From: Bugula neritina
Taxonomy: Eukaryota > Animalia > Bryozoa
Length of the DNA stretch: 64,000 nucleotides
Direction of reading: 5' to 3'
NCBI GenBank assembly: GCA_964035545.1
Contig: OZ037765.1
Span: 1,054,001 to 1,118,000 of the forward strand
A program made the position numbers and the translations under genes. Position 1 is the stretch's first letter; every line of letters begins with the position of its first letter. Under the pieces are notes generated by a model, which was not told the origin of the DNA, made no database searches, and worked only from the letters and a program-made list of their open reading frames with translations. Shown piece after piece: positions 27,336-38,817 of the stretch.

Positions 27336-28579
27336 CTTTAAATTGATCTTATAGAATACAATGTACTTAAAATAATCATATGTGAATTAGAGAAACTGGA
27401 AGTACAACTGCTGCACTATAGACAGACCTTTACTGACAAGACTGCAAAGTGAAGTGATTTAGCTGAAATTAACTCTGCCAAACAAACAAAGAATTATGTT
27501 GTGCTGAGGCATTGTCAATAGATTGTAACATAGTGAGATGATTCAGCTAAGTGCTAATGTAAAACAGGGAACATTATATTGGCAGAAATCCAATAGATTG
27601 CCAATTTGTGCGAGAGGGTACTATATGTTATTGTGATAGCCGCAGAGCGGCAAACGTACTAGGGATGTTATAATTAGTCACAGGAGCGTAGCTAGAACCA
27701 CCATATGAAGAATTTAGAAAATTGCAGTGAAACTTGCATAATGGTGTATGTTTTTACCAAATTGTGAAGAGCATAAACAGAATTTCAAAAAACAAAGAAA
27801 GTATATTAGAGAAAACATATCAAGGAATGTCAAGTTTAACTTTTAGACTTTATAAAATGAATCCCCTGTGCTACAGCAGTGGAACATGGAGGGTGTAAAA
27901 TTTTACTTATTATACAACAACTTTCTCAGAAAATTTTTTATTGAAAAATTAAAAAAGTATATGAAAGAGGAATGCAAAAGCTATCTTTTCATGTAAAATT
28001 TATTAATGTGAGGCAAAAACTGTTCGAGCTATCCCCTGGAAACCGTTTATATATAACATAAAGCAGTGCCTGAATCTGGAAAGTAATGACCTTAAACTAA
28101 CTGTGTTTTTGAATAATTTTACTTTATTTTTCTGATGAATCTCATGATCTATAATGGTAAAAAGTTGAAATCATAACATGACTACTGTAACACAGCTTGT
28201 ATTATGTGAAGCAATGGTCTGTAGACACAGTAGGGACACTACAACTATGACAAATATCAGCTGGTGACTGTTGAATATTGGGAAAGGCTTGCATATAATG
28301 TATAATGTGACAACATGTACTTGAAGGTAACTTAACAGATCAGGTTGAGGTAGATTAAAGCCAGAAATACTAACTAAAAATGGTATATCTGCCATATTCA
28401 ACAGGAATTTAAGTCATGGCAATGAACTTCCCAATTTTTTGGGGAAATTAACCCCCAGAATTAAATAATAATAGAATTATGACAAACTAAATAGTCTTTT
28501 CAAGACTATATTAACATATTATCTGCAATATTATTAAATACTGGACTTTCTTATGATAAAAACACAAATTTACGCTGTC

Positions 28580-28745
28580 TGGTAAAAATGGCATGGATAA
28601 AAATTACATAGCAAAAAGGGCACAAGTAATAACGGCACTGGTAAAAAGAGCACAAATGAAAAAGTAGGTAAACATGGCACAGTTTCAATATTAAGGTTTA
28701 GGGTGAGAGTGATTGTTTGGGATGAGGGTTTAGGTTTGAGGTTGT
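28580..28745. repeat. Fragment of a foldback repeat family with AAATGGCAC subrepeats
   Basis: gtaaaaatggca / gcacaaatgaaaaagtaggta units, also seen at ~41850-41905 and 42240-42415 (the latter with an inverted arm). Confidence 0.6.
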
Positions 28746-29466
28746 GTGTAGAGTGTCTGTAGAGTGAATAAAAAGTAGAGTAAGATAAAATTTGTTTAAC
28801 TCTGTAACATAATAATATATTACTCCTTCCGGCTGACAATACATCTATATAGTAAATATATTGTTAACTAGAATGTTAGTTGAGCTTCTAGCCAATAAAA
28901 CTTATCATGAACCACAGAGCAACCTGTATTAATTATGTTATTCCAGTTCTTATGAATCACTACACAAAAAAAGTTAAAATGACTGCATGCTTTGAAGCGT
29001 GGATATAAATAACATTTAAGAGGTTTTTTGTCAGCTGTAATTTATATACTATATATGCATAGATATTCACGAGACAGCATAAAATAATATAATATCATAC
29101 ACCATATAATACATTATGTTGTATGCATATTTACATATATCAAACATAAAGATGACAACAGGGTGTCTCAGTTTAGAAGCCTACTTTGTTGATATTAGAA
29201 TTTTTTTAACTTTTCTAAAAAGTTTTGTTTTGTACATGATAATTTACGGGAATATATGTTGTAAACATCTAGCTGCTGTAATGTTACAAACTGGTTAGCA
29301 AATCTATCATTCACTGCTTTGGATTATGCAATGACTCTATGGTTGTGGTTTGTATGAACTTATGCAACTGTTTTTAAATATGGAATGAAAAATTCATTGC
29401 ATAATGTGAAGCTTGGAAATAGTGATTAGAAAATAATTTTAATTTGCTATAAACTGCTGTTGCTGG

Positions 29467-29563
29467 CCCTGAGGCCACCTATTAGACAGCCCTGAGGCCG
29501 CCTATTGGACAGCCCTGAGGCTAGCTATTGGACAGCCCTGAGGCTGCCTATTGGACAGCCCTG
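29467..29563. repeat. 23-bp minisatellite (~4 units) upstream of caspase copy 2
   Basis: ccctgaggcYgcctattggacag repeated in tandem. Confidence 0.95.
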
Positions 29564-29898
29564 CAACAGTCCATAAAGCATAAACTAACAAAGGAATGTT
29601 CAACCATAGCAAGGACTGTTATAGTTATATTCATAAGGAAGAAGTGAAGTAGTTTACACCCTCACATATTCTCAGTGGTGTGGTGTTGGAAAGTTGTGGG
29701 AATTTTTATTAAGAAAACATTGATTAACTATCCTCACTTTTAAAAGTAAGTAAAAGTCATGAGCCTTCAATTTATTTTATACTGAAGTCATGAGTTGTAG
29801 TGATTCAAAGCTTTCTACCTGTAATAATAAATAATTAATATATCTGCAGGTGTCACTATCTAACTGAGTGTATCATTCTAAGACTACAAAACTAGAAT

Positions 29899-32625
29899 AT
29901 GGCTGATGAACTAACAGAAGGAGAAGTGAAGAATTTGTTTGGGGAATTCAAACAAATTCTGAGACAAGGTAAAACATTTTCTGCAGTGGCACTAAACGCT
30001 ATGATTGAAAGAACCAGTGGTTTATCAGCAGACCATAACTTTCTGAATAAACTCTGTGATGTTGCTAAGAATATAGATTCTATTCCGGACTATCTTTTCG
30101 CAAAGTATAAAACTGCCGAAAATCAACCGGAAGATGAAAGAGAGGGATGGTCATTACCGGAAATTTATAGTTCAGTTGAAGAGGAACTAAATGGACTGAT
30201 GACTAAGAGCCGTATTGCATCTGATGGAAGGAAACCTGGAAGTAAAAATGACAAAGAGGTATGGAAGCTAATTGTGTGGAGTGCTGAGTTGTGGTTTCTT
30301 TGGAACCTACAAAAATGCAAACACAATTCAGTCAAGCGATTTATAGAAAGCAACGCAGTAGAGTTGTTCCATGAGTTCTTTGATCCTAGAGCTGATAAAG
30401 ATGAGCTTCACTTTGATGTTCTTGCTGAGAAAGATTGTGTCGACATTATGAAGAAACTTCTGTGTCCTGAGCTTGGTGTGACCTCTTCCTTGCAAGAATA
30501 TTTTGATAAAAAAGGTAACGTGATAAGATTCTGTCAAAACTCCATGTCACAAGACATGATAAAGATCGTTAATCCACATTCAAAGAAGTTTTATATAATC
30601 CCTCGTCCTAGAAAGGAAAAAGGATTTGCTAAAATGTATGGTATTGTTGTTTGTGGATTCTGCAAACCAGACCAGGCTCCATTTTACGAAGCTGAGCAAC
30701 AAGCTGCCACAGCAATAGAGGACGCCTTTAAGGAAGTAGACATAGATATCATAGACACTAAGACTCACCCTCAAATCTTTGAGTCGGAAAATTTCTTTAA
30801 AGAGTTGCGTAAATGGATACGAGAAAAGCTAAAAGTTATTGAAAATCTTTGCTCTCTTTTAATTTTGACCGTTATTTGCCATGGAAAACACGGACATTTA
30901 GGACACAAAGTCGAAGGAAAAGAGCTGTATATGGCGATTGGAAAACTGTTTAAATTATTCAATGATAATGGTGGTTTAAAAGGAATACCCAAGGTTAGTA
31001 AAACATTTGCTTGCTAAGCTATTGTGTGTACTTGTGTGCAGGGGAGGGAAATAATATAGCCAGTAGTATGCACATATTACTTATAAGAAATTTGCATTTA
31101 AATCGGGGGGGGGGGGGGGGGGGGGGGATAAACACACACTTATTGTCAAGGTTGTAAGCTGTGAAGGTTCAACTCCCATTAACCTATTTTATGTACTTGT
31201 TGGCAGAACTATAAACACTTGACTAAGTTACAACAAAGAATACTATCACCATATTAATTAGTAGCTATCAATCATTCTGAGATCAACTCTCAGTTTAATC
31301 AAGCTGTTTGTCTACGCAGTCAGTTGTTCTGAGACCAACTCAGCTAGCCAAGCAACATAATTTTGAAAAAAACTGATAGTTTGCCAAGTCAAGCAAAATT
31401 GTTAATTGGCAGAAAAAATTATGTGCATTGTTTAGGCCAATGCACTGTGCCATTCCGTAACATTTAAATTTCGATCTACAGTATTTCAAATGTGCAATGT
31501 TTGCATACTTTCATCATATAGCATTTTATTATAGGCAATGGTTTGTTGGATCTGGAGTAATATGCTCATAATATTATAACTTATTTATCATCAATGTAGA
31601 ACAAAAGCTGCACTATGTTATACATATTACCATTTAGTTCTTACAGTATATAACCAGCTAAAAGCATTTATCAACCTGAAGTCAACCGACACCTTTTATT
31701 GCCTCTTGAAAAATTTTATCAGAATTCTTAAAATCATTTAGATTTTAGATATTAGGTGAAAATAAACAAATGTTATTACATGATTTTGTTAGGTTTCAAC
31801 AAATTGTAAAAAGTTGACCAAACTTTCAAGTTTAATGAAACTGCCTGTCTAAAGTCAAGTCACTAACTTATATAAAAAATTTTCTTTGACATCTCAGCTA
31901 CAAGAAATATCTGTGAAATAGCAACTGCTGGTCTATAGTCATGTCACTAACGTATTCTCACTTATTTTTATGTCCATAAAATATGTACTTCTAACTTTCG
32001 TTTTGACGTAAATTTAATAGTTTTCAAACTTGAGTGATTTTGACTATAGGGTGTTGAGATCATGCAAATGTGAGAATTTATATTAACCTATAACTTTCTA
32101 TTTCAACCAAATAAATAATATCAACAAGAATATATAATATTAATTATTAATTACTGAACTCCCCCCCCCCCCCCCCGTTTCTCTGCATGCAGCATCATAT
32201 TGTATTGCATTTTGGTGATATATTATATAGTCTATATGTGATCAGCTAAAAACTTTTCTTATTAGGTAGTTGTGGTAGAAGCTTGTCAAAAGTGCAAAAA
32301 AGAACTTGGGGATACAGATCTTGAGGGAATGATAAATCGTTATGAGGATGCAATGCTTCTGATCTCTTGCGACAAAGGTCAAAAAACCCCTGTAGATAAA
32401 AAGAACGGCTTTCTAATCAATCTGGCCGAAGAGCTTAAAATAGCAGGTGTTTCACAAACATTAGCAGATATGTTTTTAACAGCTAGTGAAAAATATGTTG
32501 AAAAGCAGAAGAAAAGAGGCTATACAGTTCAACCTGTGATGTTTCCTTCTGAACCCAGCAAAGATATCCTGATCCCAAAGTCCACAAGCAATCCAGATGA
32601 TTCTGATCAGCAAGACTCTCGGTAG
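29899..32625 (+). CDS. Atypical caspase-like protein copy 2; join(29899..30993,32266..32625), 484 aa
   Basis: Phase-0 intron aag|gttagt...ttag|gta joins ...ICHG...LKGIPK to VVVVEACQ (equivalent to caspase GKPKLFFIQACRG), followed by a p10-like DAMLLISC..G.....GFLINLAEEL...QPV..S...KDILIP. Confidence 0.9.
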
Positions 32626-34790
32626 TGACATCTTAAACTGTGTAGTTCACAGCATGCCCTTGCAAAAGACATCAAACTTCTTTTGAAATCAACCATTCAA
32701 TGTTACAGTGATAGCCCTCTATAATAAACCATCTACACCTATTATAACATGTAGGCCTACTGTGTTGTAAACTAGTGAAGTTGATCAAACTAATTTTAAT
32801 AAATGAGTTTGCGAGTTGATTGACTAAAATCTGCATAAATAATGGACTTTTTTGTAGCTATAGCAGAATAGTGTCTATGGACCACTACATTTCTGAGATT
32901 TTTTCTTGTGTTAATGATTACTATAGAATTACTTTATCTATTCACTTCAATATGCTATCATTTTATATATTATCTATGCTTATTATCACAGCCATTGTAT
33001 CACATTATGAATTATATAGGTCAAACTTCTAACTAATTCAAAGTTACTAACCCTCCATTGTTAATCTATAATATGAAAGAGCACCCTTCAAATAAAACAA
33101 AAACTATATACCTAAGCTAGAAACAAAATTTAAAAAGCATGTTGTGTATCTTTTTATGTTTTCTTGGAGACTTTCTGACATGTTACTTTTACCTGAATTT
33201 TTCATCAGATTAGATTTTTTCACGACAGCTAATTTTCTCAATTTGATTTATACTTCAGGTATAAAAGTTACTATAGATTTTATAAATACAGTTAGATTTT
33301 ATGGACACCATTGCATGCTTTCCATACTAAAATTTATTCTGATCCAACATAATTTCCTTAAAAAATTATTTTAGATGCCTAAACTTTATCACTTTAACAA
33401 GCCTTGCATTATTTGTCAACAACTTTCCAATTCCGAGCAGATAACTCTGAATAATATACTTGTGTAGAAATTACAAGTGGAAGTTTTAAAAATAAACAAC
33501 TCTTGATGCAGTAGAATTACACATTTTATTTCTTAGCTTCAAATTGATGCACTAAAAGCCACAAGGCTCTGCTGTATAACAAATACATTAATTTTTAAGG
33601 CACCTGTTTACAAACACACTCCAGTTTAATATAATTTTATGACAGACATAAACTTTTAAGAAAGACATATGCATATGTGTGTACTTGCATGGTCAATGAT
33701 GTCAACCTAGATTATCATATTTACTGCAAGATATGCAGGGAGTAAACTTCACATTACTAATTATGTATATTCTATGAGTATTTTGTAATGAAAGCTTCAG
33801 TTCTCTATAATCAAAGTTTCAACTGTTTACCATAAATCATGAGATTCATCAGAAAGATAAAGTAAAATTATTCAACAATAGTTTATTTATAGACTGACAC
33901 CAGAGTTGAGAAATAACATTCTGCTACAATACCTCACTGTGACTAGACATGAGAAAACTAACTTTGGTTCTCAATGTGGTGTATCCTTTGCTGCATAATT
34001 ACACTGTGACGTACTATTATTATCTCTGTAAGCCACGCCCACTATTTATTTCTATTTGCTATATATAGTCTGATAGTCTTAGGAAATTGACCAATCAGAG
34101 AATATTAAAATGTGCTACTCAGTGGAGACTGTCTGGCCTTTGGATAATGAAATGTCCATAAAATATTATAACCTAGCATATCATTTGGTAACTATAATAT
34201 AATATAGTATAATATAATTATATAATGTACCATATTATAATATAATATAATATAATATAATATAATATAATATAATGTACCATATTATAATATAATATAA
34301 TCTGACGGCCTGGGTGCAGACGGCGCTGAGTCATAGCCGACCCGGCAGCTCAGCCAGTGACATACTCTCAGACAGCTCTTACCCTCTCCACTCCAACCGT
34401 AGCAGTGAGTTCTGTTAGAGTTGTGTTCTTCCTGTCACTTTGTAGACTGAATATTCTCTGTTGGTATTTCTTAGTCTGAGAAAACAGTTTGCAAAGTTCT
34501 CATTCAACTTTTTTAAACTCCTTTTTGTAAACAAGAAGAGGGAAGACAACTACCAATAAATAAATATTTATACTACAATGATAAGGGGAGAGGGGGAAAA
34601 TTTGAAGACATTTTTATCAAATGTCAATTTTACAAAAAAAATTTCAAAGAACTCATTCAAATTTGTAATTTTTTTGTAAAATTGACATTTTATTAAAATA
34701 ACCCCCCCCCCCCGCCTCCCCCCTCCTGTTATTATGGTAGAATAGTATTTATTTATTGGTTGTTGTCTTCTCTCTTATTGTTATACTTGC
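32626..34790 (+). repeat. Segmental-duplication unit downstream of the caspase last exon
   Basis: Colinear high-identity copies at ~38818-41030, ~50419-52625 and partly ~21380-22770; each has a GC box, a CCAAT-like box, a (TATAA)n tract and a GC-rich island. Confidence 0.9.
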
Positions 34791-34843
34791 TATAAGCATG
34801 AAGCACCATGGTGACGCAATATTTTGCTGACATAATCTACATA

Positions 34844-37800
34844 TGTGACCAGTCGCGACAAAACCGGGGATGTGGCGGCGTTTATAAAGTGTAGTAAATG
34901 AAGGTTTAATTTGGAAATACTTAAATTTGAAATTAATTTCCAGTTTTTAGGTTTTGAACTTTTCTAATACAAAAAAATCCAAGGATTTCAAAAATCATAC
35001 TTTCGCAAGCATTTGATGATTCCTTCAGCTCCAAAATTGCATTTAAAGTTGGTAACTAAGGCATTCAATTTTTTAAATAATGAAAAAATTGCGAAGCTAT
35101 CAAATAAAGAAAGAAGACAATTTTAGTCATTTCCATAGCGTGAGATCTTGCAAATTTATTTTTTGTCAACTGAATTTAGTTTACACCTCTTTATTCGCAT
35201 TGTCAAAAGCATCGTATCTGAAATCGCAGGCTAGTTTTAGTTTTTCATCGTGCTCCATCCAAAGTTAGCTTTTAAGTTACTGAGCTGTTTTGCCCTTTGG
35301 TGATAAATGCTAAACTTAATCTTTATCTTTAGCGTTCAAGCTTGAAAATCACAACAATGCAGGTAATTATACTCAAAACCATCCTTTACGCTACTAACTT
35401 AGAATTGTTGCCAGGATTATTTGTAGTTATCAATTTATTAATATTCATACTATCGCTAGCCCTAGGACTGGAGTATGTCTATTCCTATTCTATACTACTA
35501 CTAGTAACTATTTAAATGACTCTCACTATGACTCACAGTTTGAGGTACGGTTAATCATAATGATAATCATAATGAATATCATTCATGATTTACTGATACT
35601 GGTATTTGGCAGTAAAACCAAATGTAGCTCATTACTATAACTATAAGTAATAATATTAATTAATAATTATAACTTCACTATTTGAGTCTGACTCTGAGTT
35701 TCGCCTTCGGTCTTAAAACTTGATATTTATACTGATAGTATTATATTTATTGATTTATTCTGTAGTTGATATTTAAATTTAAATTGGACTTATTCTTAGT
35801 AACTTTTAGTCTCTGTCTTAGATTTTGTGAATACAGTTACTGATTGCTATTAGCCTACTATTAGGCCTACTATTAGTATTAACATTAGGCCTACTAGTCA
35901 AACTATCGTTTACTTTTGTGATTTTTAAATTAGCTCAAAGTTTGATTTAAAATATAATGATAAAATATTTATCACATTATGCAGGCTTACAGTTACTGTT
36001 AAAACTCTATTGGTAATCCTATTTATATTGATAAAAGCATCACCTATAACCAAATTGAAATGGTAAATGTGATTAAATGTAAATGAGTATAATGATGAAA
36101 TATTAATGCGAGTTCATGGTGATTCTATAGTTGACTGACTTAGTTCTTCAGTAAGTTACTTGTAGTATTATTTAGTGAGTAGTAACACTAACTGAATGCA
36201 TAAATAGTCTAAACTTTTTAATTTCATTATAAAGGATGAGCAAAAGTTTATTCATATTTTGAAGTAATTTATTGAATTCAAATTGATTTTATAGTAAATG
36301 TCTTTAATATATTCAGTTGCATTTAGCTAGCTTTTTTACTCAATTAAATGCCTGAGTGGTTAATAGTTATCGAAAGACATTGCTTCAAAATTGCCAATTG
36401 CAGATATGCTAGATATTCAAGTGCATAATGTGTAATTTTACTGATAATACTATGTTAATATAGAATAATACGATATTCTGTACATTCTAGAAAGTGGACT
36501 TATGAGAGCATTAGAGTGAAGACTTATACCTACACAACTCTACTACCTATCAATCTAACACTTCTAATGTAGACACTCTGAATTTTGGCTTGCAAGGTTA
36601 TGGCTTCTGCTTATTTCATTCATAAAAAGGTTTGCAGTCTTTTAATGATGTGCTTGAAAATTTGCAACAATTTTTTTAATTTAAATTGTTCTGTTTAATT
36701 CAATAAATTTAAATGTTGATATAATGCAGGATGACAATTAACTGCTGCCATAATAGTACCACAAGAGTGTTTAACCAACTAAATTTTTATAATATGACTG
36801 CATATAATTTCTAATCAAGCTACCGTTTTCTTTTGTTATTTAAAAAAGTCAACATTGTACTTGCAGCTCTGGAATAGACAATAGATGGGTAGATTGGCAG
36901 AATGGATGGCAAGTAGCAGCATCTATAATTGCTAGAAAATCAGCTGATGATATAGATGAAGCTTTTTGCCACATACATAATGTTATGTGTCCATACTCTG
37001 TAAACTCATATTATGAAGACCAAGGAAGTAGAAAGATGAAAAGTGTGGTAAATTTATGTTGTGTGTGTGTGTCCTTTGTTGCCGAGATCGGTACTTCGGT
37101 CCTCCGAAACACCGATATGCCGATTCTCGGCATATCGGAATACCGAAGTACCGAAATGCCGGATTCGGCATTTCGGATCCCCGAAATGCCGATATTCGGT
37201 ATTTCGGGTCTCCGATCTCGGCAAACAAAGGAATGTCTTTGTCCTGCATGTATATAAAAGCCAGCGAGTTCCAGTATAGTTCAGTCTACTACTGGAGCTC
37301 GCTGGATAAAGACCATTGATTCACTCGGACTATACTACAATAAAGATTATCTACATTCTACCTTATTTCTCGCCTTGTTTCTCATACAAGCATGTAACAG
37401 CACTAGTTTCATTCACAATCCACAAAACTATCACAAAAGTGCCCTTTTTGCAAAAACCGTAGAAGCTACCTAATTTTCTTTTCTTGATTAGAGTTAATTC
37501 AAGCATAATGGTTGTATCCAGGTTGGATTTGTTACTGCATTTAATTATTTTTTTAAAATAATGTATTTGATGTTTTAAATGTGAATATTAATGCCCAATA
37601 AAACTCAAAAGTTCTAATCGCTGATTTTAAGTTTATATTTTCAACATCAATTACTAAATTTAGTTGCCATTAGAGATTATAAAAATATTTATGAATGAAT
37701 CTCGAATGATCTCATAATAGTCAAATGATTTTCTCATAAGTGTTCTACTCATTAAGCAATAACTATGAAACAGCACAGCTCAATAGCTGCAGTTCGATAT

Positions 37801-38400
37801 ATTACACAATATATTAGAGGAGAGGAAGATATTCAATGTATAACAGGAAGCAGCTGCCATTTTGTTTTATATGACTTCCTGCTGACTTGGATGCCTAATT
37901 TAAATATCTCAACACACAAATTTGCTGAGACATCCTCTTCTTTGCTGGAATTGTTGAACCTTTCAATCATTAAAGAAAGTAAAAAGCAAATTGACAAATA
38001 AATTTGACAAAAAGTTTGGCGGCCATATTTGACCTAATTTTATGTTGAGGCAACATAAAATTTAGTTTAACAGAAAGCCCAAACTTTCACAATTATTTTG
38101 ATACCAAATTTGTCACTATTCCTATTATACAAAGACCCGTTGCTAAGGCTTGTAAATTGTAAACAAATAATTCTCCACTTATTCTAGAGTTGCCAACTTT
38201 AAACGCGATTTTCTCGAAACAGTAATTTAGAAATTCTAGAAACGTTAAAGTTTTTAAATACTGATATCTCGAGTTCTATTTATGCTAGAGACTTCAAATA
38301 AAGTGCATAATGTTTGACAAAGTCTGCTCTATCAATCCATAGTAATAACTAGGTTTTCAACATTTTATATACATCCCTTGTTTTGTGGTGCCAGGTCACA
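34844..38400. mobile_element. 3.56-kb non-autonomous TIR DNA transposon
   Basis: Imperfect TIRs tgtgaccagtcgcgacaaaaccggggatgt / acatcccttgttttgtggtgccaggtcaca; the empty site ctacatatgatac is preserved in the paralogous segment near 22814-22826. TSD length (TA, ATAT or CATATG) is ambiguous because the site is palindromic. Confidence 0.85.
37072..37232. repeat. GC-rich nested palindrome (outer stem plus three inner hairpins)
   Basis: tcctttgttgccgagatcgg...ccgatctcggcaaacaaagga encloses ccgatatgccga/tcggcatatcgg, ccgaaatgccg/cggcatttcgg and ccgaaatgccga/tcggtatttcgg. Confidence 0.9.
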
Positions 38401-38439
38401 TATGATACTAAACTTTCCTTTGAGTTTCACACTTGTTAG

Positions 38440-38817
38440 GTAGTTGTGATAGAAGCTTGTCAATATTGCAAGGAAAGAGTTGAAGTTGCAGACCTTCAGA
38501 CAATGATTAATCCTTATGATAATGCAATGATTCTGATGTCTTGTGACAAAGGACAAGAAACCCCTTTAGATGAGAAGGATGGCTTTCTCATCTATCTGGC
38601 CGAAGAGTTTAAACAAGTAGGTTTTTCACAAACAGTCGCAGAGATGTTTTTAGCAGCTAGTAAAAAATATGTTAACAAGCAGAAGGAAATTCATGGGAAT
38701 GCTCTATTAGATTTTGATGGTAAGCCTAGGATGTATCGTTCTGAACTCAGCAAAGATATCCAGGTTCCAAGTTCCATAAGCAAGCCATCTGAGTCTAATC
38801 AGCAAGACTCTCAGTAG
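38440..38817 (+). CDS. Intact orphan caspase catalytic/p10 exon (125 aa); candidate alternative last exon of copy 2
   Basis: Acceptor ttgttag|GTA, phase 0, open frame VVVIEACQYCK...QQDSQ*, aataaa near 38994; no first coding exon between 32625 and 38440. Confidence 0.6.
   Translation, partial: VVVIEACQYCKERVEVADLQTMINPYDNAMILMSCDKGQETPLDEKDGFLIYLAEEFKQVGFSQTVAEMFLAASKKYVNKQKEIHGNALLDFDGKPRMYRSELSKDIQVPSSISKPSESNQQDSQ

Noticed and set aside
27638-27663. Helitron-type 3' end (gccgcagagcggc hairpin then ctag)
   Set aside because: No matching 5' end or A/T insertion site could be defined, so it was not annotated as an element.
29467-29563. 23-bp repeats as a CRISPR array
   Set aside because: Units are contiguous with no unique spacers, there are no cas genes, and the context is eukaryotic.
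31105-31127. Poly-G run (and poly-C runs near 22678, 32161, 34702) as functional G-quadruplexes
   Set aside because: Length is not conserved between paralogs; most simply explained as homopolymer slippage.
36983-37319. Four overlapping ORFs
   Set aside because: Stop-poor frames caused by the GC-rich palindrome; no protein motif.
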